Shown here: piece by piece, positions 9,836 through 18,400 of the stretch | Layout of the letters: each line of letters opens with the position of its first letter | How positions within the stretch are numbered: the first letter of the stretch is position 1 | Source: a virus | Taxonomy: Duplodnaviria > Caudoviricetes | IMG/VR virus record: IMGVR_UViG_3300020414_000780 | Coordinates: 1-42,357 of that record | Direction: 5' to 3' (one strand) | DNA length: 42,357 bases | Made by a program: the position numbers and the translations under genes | The notes under the pieces: generated by a model | Seen by the model: the letters and a program-made list of their open reading frames with translations, nothing else | Database searches by the model: none | What the model was told of the DNA's origin: nothing

Positions 9836-10489
9836 ATGAGCACACTTATTTGCAACCTCCCCAGTGAACATGTTTATGTCCGTAAGGAGTATTTGAGAGA
9901 CCACCAAGACGGACATGGAGAGTTTGTAGAAGGCGTCTGGGTTACGGCAAAGTCTGTACCCGGACGTGCTTTTTATTTTGAGACATACTTGCCTGAGTAT
10001 GCGGCAATGTATGATAAACTACCAATCAGTGCGTTTGTTTCTAAACCAGAGTTACCTAGTCCTGATCTAGATCTACCTAACCTACAGTTCTGGAACTGTA
10101 TGGACTATGGTGTAACGGCAATCACCAAACAAATCACAGGTTCTGCTGATTACGAGATATATACTAGGGATTTTGGTCATATTAAGGGCACATACATCTG
10201 TACCCTAGATAACTATCATCATGATCCGGATGTGATTGACTATAGCACTGCTGAAACACCAGCAGAACACAAGTCACACAACCTAATCGAACTAGAGAAT
10301 GGTCAGTTTGCTTTGTATCCTAACAATAGGATGCGAATCTATGACAATAGTTTGACACCAGCAGAACCTAAGATGCCTGACTTCAAGGTATCTACCAGAA
10401 TCTATGAGGTTGAGTCTGGGCATAGACAAGATGGTCTAGGCGATCAATCAGAATACTTCTGGAAGACTTCCCAAGAACGCGATGCTTGA
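9836..10489 (+). CDS. Conserved cyanophage hypothetical protein
   Basis: Long ORF abutting its neighbours; NLP..VYVRKEYL, YDKLPISAF, GQFALYPNNR motifs recalled from cyanomyophages. Confidence 0.7.
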   Translation: MSTLICNLPSEHVYVRKEYLRDHQDGHGEFVEGVWVTAKSVPGRAFYFETYLPEYAAMYDKLPISAFVSKPELPSPDLDLPNLQFWNCMDYGVTAITKQITGSADYEIYTRDFGHIKGTYICTLDNYHHDPDVIDYSTAETPAEHKSHNLIELENGQFALYPNNRMRIYDNSLTPAEPKMPDFKVSTRIYEVESGHRQDGLGDQSEYFWKTSQERDA

Positions 10490-12500
10490 TCAAACGTTTC
10501 CCAAGGTAAATTTTGTAGGAAAAGACGGACTTCAGTGGTTTATTGGTCAAGTAACCACTGATGAATCTTGGCGTGATTTTAGTATTAAGTATGGATATCG
10601 TGCAAAGGTTCGTATCTTGGGAGCACATCCTCCTGGTATAGAAGTAAAAGACGAGGAGTTGCCTTGGGCACACTTCCTTACACCATCAGTATTTGGAAGT
10701 GGTAAGCAGTTTGGTGGTACAAGTTTTGCCCTTCGTGGTGGTGAAACTGTAGTAGGATTTTGGTTAGACGGTGAGGATGGTCAGATCCCAATCATTTGGG
10801 GTTCATTGTTTAGTGGTCAGAATGAAGAGAATGCAGTTGCTTGGGAAGAAGTTCTTAAGAAAGGTGGATCGTTCTTTAAACCTATTGATAATCCAGAGAC
10901 TTTAAGACTTAGTGCTGGAAATAGTAGAACAGACGGTGGTAAAACAAGAAACAACGGGGTCACACGACCACAAAGAGGTGAAACTCCTGACGGTGGAGAA
11001 TCAAGACAGTCAGTTCAGGATGAGAAACCGATTGTAGTCTCGGTTGCCAAGGAATGTAAGGCAGGACAGGGATTCATGTCCGATGTTGCAAGAGTTCTTG
11101 CATCATTTGTTGAGGTTACTAACGGACTCAAAGAGTTTAAATCTGGTTATATTGATCCAGTTCTAGGACTTATTTCAGATATTCCTGCACTAATCCGACA
11201 AGCATCTAGTATTATCTCTGGAGCATTTGCAAGTTTGTTTAGACTTGCTCGTAAGTTTTTGTTTGAAGAGATCTATAAGATTGTTGAGAGTATCATTGAC
11301 TTCCTAGTACCAGAAAGTTTCCTCAAAGATATTGCTATCAAGAAGGCGGTTGATACTATCTTTTGTGTGATCGAGAATATAATCAAAGGCATTACAAACT
11401 TTGTTTCCGACTTCCTTACACAGATGATCGGCAAGTTTGCAAACCTACCACTATGTGCTGCAGAAGGATTCATCGGTGGTTTGATCAACAATATCACTAA
11501 CCAGATTCTAAAAGCGATTGGTCCTGCCATGGGTGCAATCAATGATATTGTTGGTGGTATTGGAACGTTTATGAGTTATGTTGATAAGGCAGTAGGATAT
11601 GCACAGGCAGGACTCAAGATCTTGTCTTGTGAAGGTGACATCTGTCCACCAGAACCATATGACTGGGCAACTAACTTCGGACCAGTTAAAAAGGATGTTG
11701 CAAACTTCCAGAATGCACTTAATGCATCAGGTAAACTATCAAACCTTAACGAGGACGTTCAAAATACTATCGGCAGTTGGTTTGGTGAATCTGAAGCAGA
11801 TATTGCAGCTGGTGGTGAAGCAGCACAGGCACTTGCTGGTGGATGTAACCCATATGTATTGGAATGTGGACCACCAACTATCGAGATCTTCGGTGGTGGT
11901 GGTCTAGGTGCTGCTGCAAACGCCGTTGTTAATAGTTTCGGTAATGTTGTCGGTGTTGATATGACAGACTTTGGTGTGGGTTATAGTAGTAACCCATTCG
12001 TATCGATTGTTGACTCTTGTGGAAATGGTAGGGGTGCTACAGCAACACCTGTAGTGGAAGATGGAAGGGTAGTTAATATCATTATTGATGACCCTGGTAA
12101 TGGTTATCTACCAGCTCCAGGTACTCAACTACCAGAGGAATCTACTGGTGGATCTTCTGATACTGATGGTAATGATACGATTGGTGAGGTAGATGATATT
12201 TCAGTTATCTCTCCTGGTACTGGATATAGTGATGGTGATACTATTACAGGAACTGGTCCTGATGGAGAACCTATCGTGATTGCACCAGTGTTGACAGAAG
12301 ATGGTGAAATCGTTGGTGGTACAGTCAAGTCTGGTGGATTTGGTATAGATACCATCCCAGATCTAACGATAAATACGTCAACTGGTAATGGTGCATTCAT
12401 CAGACCAGTATTGAAGTTTACCCGTGTAAGCAAGGTTAAGAAGAGAACAATACCTTCTAATGCTAAGTTGATTCGTGTCGTGGATTGTGTTGCTAGATGA
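10482..12500 (+). CDS. gp5: Baseplate hub/spike gp5, N-terminal OB-fold part; no T4-lysozyme domain evident
   Basis: FVGKDGLQWFIGQV, R.KVRILG.H, LPWA, GETVVGFWLDGEDGQIP gp5/VgrG OB-fold motifs. Confidence 0.85.
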   Translation: MLDQTFPKVNFVGKDGLQWFIGQVTTDESWRDFSIKYGYRAKVRILGAHPPGIEVKDEELPWAHFLTPSVFGSGKQFGGTSFALRGGETVVGFWLDGEDGQIPIIWGSLFSGQNEENAVAWEEVLKKGGSFFKPIDNPETLRLSAGNSRTDGGKTRNNGVTRPQRGETPDGGESRQSVQDEKPIVVSVAKECKAGQGFMSDVARVLASFVEVTNGLKEFKSGYIDPVLGLISDIPALIRQASSIISGAFASLFRLARKFLFEEIYKIVESIIDFLVPESFLKDIAIKKAVDTIFCVIENIIKGITNFVSDFLTQMIGKFANLPLCAAEGFIGGLINNITNQILKAIGPAMGAINDIVGGIGTFMSYVDKAVGYAQAGLKILSCEGDICPPEPYDWATNFGPVKKDVANFQNALNASGKLSNLNEDVQNTIGSWFGESEADIAAGGEAAQALAGGCNPYVLECGPPTIEIFGGGGLGAAANAVVNSFGNVVGVDMTDFGVGYSSNPFVSIVDSCGNGRGATATPVVEDGRVVNIIIDDPGNGYLPAPGTQLPEESTGGSSDTDGNDTIGEVDDISVISPGTGYSDGDTITGTGPDGEPIVIAPVLTEDGEIVGGTVKSGGFGIDTIPDLTINTSTGNGAFIRPVLKFTRVSKVKKRTIPSNAKLIRVVDCVAR

Positions 12501-13045
12501 CAGACAAAGTACCAGTAACTATAAGTGATCCTGAAGCAGGTTTTCTCCATATTGGAGTTGACAATAAGGATCTAAAGACTAACAGAAGAAAGCATGTTCA
12601 ACTTGCTGGTGGATCTGGTTCCAGTCTTCGCATTTTCGAAGATGGTGGATGGGAACTGCGTGCAGTAAGTAACAAGAAAGGATCTAACATCATTACACAG
12701 GGTGAGGGTCCACTCAACATCTATTCTGATGGGGATCTTAATATCAACTGTGGAGGTAAGTTTAGCGTAAAGGCAGACTCTATTGTAATGGAGACGACAT
12801 CTGCTGATAACGGTATTGTTATGAACTCCAAGAAGAACATCCGTTTGGATGCAGATAATAATCTAGTTCTTATTGGAACCAATGTGACAACAACGGCATC
12901 TCAAACCTTACTATCACACTCAACAGGATGGAATATCCTATCAGGTTCTCCTGTTGTTATCTTTGAGAAAAAAACTAAGTTGATCCCCACAAGTGTCAAC
13001 GATCTGGTTGAAAGTCTAATCAGCAACATCGTATTAGGAGTATAA
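12497..13045 (+). CDS. gp5 C-terminal-like beta-helical spike protein
   Basis: Repeating short beta strands (LNIYSDGDLNINCGGKFSVKADSI); overlaps gp5 by ATGA. Confidence 0.55.
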   Translation: MTDKVPVTISDPEAGFLHIGVDNKDLKTNRRKHVQLAGGSGSSLRIFEDGGWELRAVSNKKGSNIITQGEGPLNIYSDGDLNINCGGKFSVKADSIVMETTSADNGIVMNSKKNIRLDADNNLVLIGTNVTTTASQTLLSHSTGWNILSGSPVVIFEKKTKLIPTSVNDLVESLISNIVLGV

Positions 13046-13890
13046 TGGAAGCACCAGAGATTTCTTCACAAAAAGTATACATTGGTCCTACCATTCCACT
13101 CAAGACTGATCAGTCTCTACTGACATTGAATGGTAAGATCCCATTTGATGGCACGTTAGCAGTATCAGGTACAGCATTTTTTGGTGCTCCCACTAACATC
13201 GGATTTGCCCGTGCTGTTGTAAATATCGGTCCTGCTATTCCACCATTTTCTCCAGGTATTCCAACACTTGGTCTAGATGTAACTGGTGGCACACAGCACA
13301 CCGGTTATATGAATAACCTTGGTCTGAGCAACTTCTTCGGTGTTTCTAATAACACTGGTTTATGGAATGCGATTGGTATCAAGAACATGATTGGTTTGTT
13401 CAGTCGTGTTGGCAAGGCAGTTGAGGTAGGTGGTAAGACAGCAGCAGAACCTAAGAACACTACAGCAGCACTGAAACAAACACTTCCATCGCCATCAGGT
13501 GATCTGGTAGGTTTCTGGAAGTTTAACGGCACACCACTAGCATTTCTACACAGTCATTCTGATGCTAGACTGAAGACTAATGTCAAACCTCTTACCAGTT
13601 CTCTGAGTAAAGTATTGGCACTCCAGGGTGTTACTTTTGATTGGACACACTGGGATCAAAAACGCAACTATCCAGGCACACAAATAGGTTTCATTGCACA
13701 AGAAGTCGAAAAAGTCGTTCCTGAAGTTGTTATAGATAGTACGATTGACGGAAACGACGGCAAACGTATGGAAGTCAAGGGTGTCAAGTACGAAAACCTT
13801 GTAGCACTCTTAGTCGAAGCAATCAAAGAACAAAACACACGTATTGAACATTTAGAATCATGCTTACAGCGTCTGGAGTCGTCACAGTAG
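13045..13890 (+). CDS. Virion protein with C-terminal intramolecular chaperone (Peptidase S74) domain
   Basis: SDARLKTNV...L.GVTFDW...IGFIAQEVEKVVPEVV...V.YENLVALLVEAIKEQ. Confidence 0.8.
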   Translation: MEAPEISSQKVYIGPTIPLKTDQSLLTLNGKIPFDGTLAVSGTAFFGAPTNIGFARAVVNIGPAIPPFSPGIPTLGLDVTGGTQHTGYMNNLGLSNFFGVSNNTGLWNAIGIKNMIGLFSRVGKAVEVGGKTAAEPKNTTAALKQTLPSPSGDLVGFWKFNGTPLAFLHSHSDARLKTNVKPLTSSLSKVLALQGVTFDWTHWDQKRNYPGTQIGFIAQEVEKVVPEVVIDSTIDGNDGKRMEVKGVKYENLVALLVEAIKEQNTRIEHLESCLQRLESSQ

Positions 13891-14174
13891 ACGGCATCAT
13901 TGAGTTTCCTGAAGAATGGAAAGGCAAGATCAAGGTTGAGACTATCAATGTCCAGTTGACTGCGGTGGGAACGGCGCAGGAACTGTATGTGGACCGTATT
14001 GAGTGGGGAACCCGTGCCATCATCCGTAGCGGTGCTGGCGGGTCTCTGAGGGCATACTACACCGTTACTGCTGAGAGCTTGACTCCTGAACCAGCACCTG
14101 CTAAAATAAATACTTCCAAGGCAAGCACCCCTAATGCGTCGTCCAAAGCAAGAAGAAACAGTCAATCTGATTGA
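13860..14174 (+). CDS. Small virion-associated beta domain protein
   Basis: IEFPEEWKG.I..ETINVQLTAVG..QELYV..IEWG...YYTV.AE resembles a C-terminal domain of cyanophage structural proteins. Confidence 0.6.
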   Translation: MLTASGVVTVDGIIEFPEEWKGKIKVETINVQLTAVGTAQELYVDRIEWGTRAIIRSGAGGSLRAYYTVTAESLTPEPAPAKINTSKASTPNASSKARRNSQSD

Positions 14175-14328
14175 GGTGGACATTTTGAGCCGTACCTTTG
14201 CCATGTACGGTGACAAAGGGTCTTGTCGTGAGATCCTTTGTGATACTATTGATCAGTTCATGAGCGTACTGGAGGTTGTTCGTGACAACGAAGATAGCAC
14301 AGAGGTCGTCTATGTCTCGGGGATCTGA
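14134..14328 (+). CDS. Small hypothetical protein
   Basis: ORF downstream of AATAAATA (14105-14112); C.TIDQFMSVLEVVR motif. Confidence 0.65.
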   Translation: MRRPKQEETVNLIEVDILSRTFAMYGDKGSCREILCDTIDQFMSVLEVVRDNEDSTEVVYVSGI

Positions 14329-14497
14329 GGAACCAAAAAAACAAATACGTTGTCCTCTGTGCGGTCATATCTCCCACAATAGGATCGAGTTCGGGTCTCA
14401 TGTCAGACGGTGTAAAGCTATGTCTGATGATGCTACCAAGTTTGACTGGGATCCAAAACATAAACTAAAACGCAAGAGAAACCCAAAGCGTAAATAG
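14312..14497 (+). CDS. Small basic C2HC zinc-finger protein
   Basis: ATG at 14312; C-x2-C-x12-H-x3-C (CPLC...H VRRC); Lys/Arg-rich tail. Confidence 0.55.
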   Translation: MSRGSEEPKKQIRCPLCGHISHNRIEFGSHVRRCKAMSDDATKFDWDPKHKLKRKRNPKRK

Positions 14498-14522
14498 TTA
14501 CTAGTCACTTCTAGTAACTCTA

Positions 14523-14681
14523 ATGGACAAGCATACTATAGAGAACTGGCAAAGAGTAAAGGAAGCATTGGAAAATGCGAATAAAACTGATTCCTACTTC
14601 TACGTCAGAGCTTGTGCCATTGTACGTGGCGAAAAAGATCCTATGATCCCACCTAAAGTGGAAGAAGATCACTCCAAGTAA
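14523..14681 (+). CDS. Small hypothetical protein, 52 aa (not in ORF track)
   Basis: Manual translation MDKHTIENWQRVKEALENANKTDSYFYVRACAIVRGEKDP... resembles a common cyanophage small ORF. Confidence 0.7.
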   Translation: MDKHTIENWQRVKEALENANKTDSYFYVRACAIVRGEKDPMIPPKVEEDHSK

Positions 14682-15415
14682 AAACCAGTATAGTCAGAGT
14701 TTTGTAAGTCTACGATTGCTTGTTCTTTCTCATCAATCTCTTCATTTAACTGACTAATAGCGTTATCATATCCATATCGTTGAAGTTCATATTCAGCACG
14801 ATCTTGCTTCAGGTTATTGACTGCCTGTTGGATAGGATCTCTTTGTGCTCTCAATGTCACGATTTGTGATTCCAATGAGGTGACTGATGATGCATATCCA
14901 GAGCATTCAGTGTTCTCATCATCACCCAATCCGGTTGTTCTAAGAAAATAGAATGTTCCGATTCCAGTGGTAGTAATACCCGTGTATGTTCCCATACCAA
15001 TGTGACTACTTGTCATCACACTGTTTGATTCTGCGAACGGATTATCACCAGAGAAAGACCAGTTATATCTTCTAACTTGATCCTGCACAATCACAACCAC
15101 TGGTGTTTCATCATCGCCAGCATACGTTGCACATCCAACTGCTGCTGCACCAGTATATACATTTAAAATCTGTGTTTGAAGATCTTGAATCAGTCCGTTG
15201 ATTCTTAGAACTTCTGTGTCAAGACCTTTAGTTGCTGGACTATATCTATCGATTACAACGTCTAAATTTTCAATCCTGGCAAGGGAGTTTCCTTCACTAT
15301 CTTTGACATCATATCCCTTCTTGGTCTCATTGATCTGTTCAATATTAGTACGCTTATTTTTAATATCTTCGCGGTAAGTTTCAATCAGTGCTTCAGTCTT
15401 CGGACCAATAGCCAT
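14669..15415 (-). CDS. Late coiled-coil (probably virion) protein; start likely MAIGPK at 15415
   Basis: Minus-strand TATAAATA at 15444-15451 lies upstream of this ATG; GIGT motif; coiled-coil ends. Confidence 0.65.
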   Translation of the reverse strand: MAIGPKTEALIETYREDIKNKRTNIEQINETKKGYDVKDSEGNSLARIENLDVVIDRYSPATKGLDTEVLRINGLIQDLQTQILNVYTGAAAVGCATYAGDDETPVVVIVQDQVRRYNWSFSGDNPFAESNSVMTSSHIGMGTYTGITTTGIGTFYFLRTTGLGDDENTECSGYASSVTSLESQIVTLRAQRDPIQQAVNNLKQDRAEYELQRYGYDNAISQLNEEIDEKEQAIVDLQNSDYTGFYLE

Positions 15416-15417
15416 GG

Positions 15418-15451
15418 TATAAATACATTGAAATAGGTGTTGGTATTTATA
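15418..15451. promoter_or_regulatory. Face-to-face late promoters: TATAAATA (+, 15418-15425) and TATAAATA (-, 15444-15451)
   Basis: Two exact consensus boxes between divergent genes. Confidence 0.8.
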
Positions 15452-15455
15452 GGCT

Positions 15456-18400
15456 ATGCCGCTGAGTAGACTAGAGAACTTTCTCAAGAATGTTCAAGGA
15501 AATGTCATCTATGTCAACCCCCTTGAACTAGATGCAACCGACGATATTAGTAATACTGGTAACTCCAGAGCACGTCCTTTCAAGACGATTCAGCGTGCGC
15601 TGATCGAGTCTGCGAGATTTTCGTACCAGATTGGTAAAGATAACGATAAATTTGACAAAACTACAATCCTGGTGTCTCCAGGTGTGCACTACATTGATAA
15701 CCGTCCAGGTTATGCAATCGACACAAGTGGAAATATTACTGACGTAAATGGTACGGTAAAAACCATTGACCAGTTTTCTGCTGGTACTAACTTTGATATC
15801 AATAATCCAAATAATGTATTACATCACTTCAACTCTGTTGATGGTGGTGTTATTCTGCCTCGTGGTACATCCATCGTTGGTCAGGATCTAAGAAAGACAA
15901 AGATCCGTCCTAAGTTTGTTCCAAACCCACTGAATGATAGCATCAAACCTAGCACGATCTTCCGTGTTACTGGTGCATGTTGGTTCTTTGGATTTACATT
16001 CTTTGATGGAGATCCTAACGATCGTGTTTACAAGGATTATACTGTAAGCACATTCAAACCAGACTTCTCACACCACAAACTAACCTGCTTCAGGTATGCT
16101 GATGGTGTCAATGAAATCACAGGTAAGGGTAATACTGACCTAGACATGTATTACTATAAGCTTACTCAAGCTTATGGTGCAAGTTCTGGTCGTGCACTAC
16201 CAAACTATCCTGCAAATACAGACTTTGAGAAGACCATCGACGAATGTAGAATCGTTGGTGCTATCTCCCAGATTGGTGACATCCAGATCACCGATCTATA
16301 CTCTGGATTGAACCCAACAGATCCTACTGCAACTTCTATCGTTACGGTAGAAACTAGCACTCCACACCAACTAGAAGTAGCGACACCTATTCTTATCTTT
16401 GGTGTTGATAATGCGGAGTATGATGGAAGTTTCCTCGTTACATCTGTTCCTTCCTCAACCAAGTTTACATACGCACTATCCAATCCACCAGTATCTACAT
16501 CAACTCCAAGTCTTGTAGGTAAGCAAGCATTTGTAACGATTGAAAGTGATAGTGTTCAGTCTGCTTCTCCATATATTTTCAACTGTTCGGTAAGATCTGT
16601 ATTCGGTCTTAGCGGCATGGATTGTGATGGTGATAAGGCAACTGGATTTAAGTCCATGGTTGTTGCCCAGTTCACTGGTGTCTCCCTGAACAAGGATGAC
16701 GACGCATACGTTAAGTATAACCCCACTACAGGCGTCTGGGAGGATCAAGCAACCCTAGGTACTAGTGTATCCCTACACACGGACAGTTTAGCGCGTCACA
16801 AACCCGACTGGGAGAACTTCCACGTCCGTGTTGCAAACAACGCCATCATTCAGGCAGTTTCGGTATTCGCTATCGGATATGCTCAGCACTTCCTGTCTGA
16901 GGCAGGTGGTGATATGTCTATCACCAACTCTAACTCTAACTTTGGTGCTAAATCGTTTGAGTCTGATGGTTTCCGTCCTGAAGCATTTACTAAGGATGAT
17001 ACTGCATATATCACATCGATTAAACCACCTGAGCGTATCAGTAAGAATGATCAGACGATCAACTTTAAGTCTATTGCCACAGTAAAAACTGCTACTGCAA
17101 GCACAGACACTAAACTATACATTGATGGGTTTGAACAGATCACCAATGTTCCAGAAACCACCATCAATAAGTATAAACTAGGTGCTAAGGTTGGTGATAA
17201 GATCTCGGTCAACATCGAGAGTCTTGTTTATGATGCCGACATTCTAATGCCGGTTCCTTTCAATGATCCAGACCGCAGAGTATCTGCTATTAAAGAGATC
17301 AAAGTTGGTAGAACATCTGGCATCAACTCTATCACAGGTAATACATTTACTCTACAGGAAGAACATAGTTTCTTGCCAGGTGAGTCGATCAGAATCATCT
17401 CTGATGATGGTTCTCTCCCTGATGGTCTAGATCACAATAGACTGTACTATGCCATTACTGATTCTCTAAATGCAGACCAGATCAGGATTGCAACCACTGA
17501 GACTAATGCATTGTCTAATGCTAGCCTTGTTGGTATCAACAACATTGGTGGCAGTCTAAGGATTATTTCTGCTGTATCTGACAAAGTTGCTGGTGATCCA
17601 GGTCACCCAGTACAGTTTGATGCTGATGGTTGGTACGTCAATGTTGGTGCAGGTAACTCACTACGAGCAGCGATTGTTTCTAACCAGGGATCACTTGTTC
17701 CTAAGACAAGAGTATCAACTCTAACCAGAAAACCAGACACCAGACTTAACAGAAACAAGGTCTACATGCCTAGACTTGTTATTCCTAAGTCTACGCCATT
17801 GGCATCACCACCGCAGAATGGATTCACTCTGCAGCAGACAGGTTCTATCATTGATGATACCAACTATCAGAATGATAATACCAGTCTAACATCTGAACTC
17901 GATATGAGAGCAGATGGTGCTATTATCAATGCATCATGGAGTTCTAATGTTGGTGTAGTTACTTGTCAGAATCCACATAGACTGAAGGTTGGTCATCAAG
18001 TACAGGTCTATCGTCTAAAGTCTGATAACAATGAGTCTGGTACAGATAACACCGGATTCAATGGTAAGTTTAACGTTCTAGGCGTTACTGATAGTAAGAC
18101 ATTCACTATTGGTATCAACACTGATCCAGGTGGTATCTCTACAATCACTGGCACCACTCCATATACAAGGAATGATGCATCTATTGTTGGTTCTGGTAGA
18201 ACCAGCATCCCATACTTTGTGAAGCGTGGGGTAGATAATGACTTCCAGATCTTCAATGCTTATGATATCCAAGAGTATAAGAAGGACATCCAAGATGGTG
18301 TTTATGATCTTCTACTCAAGGGATATGTTGCACAACCAGAGGTAACACCTTTCAACGTAGATAACAACAAGTTCTCTGTCAAGACTGGATACTTGTTCCC

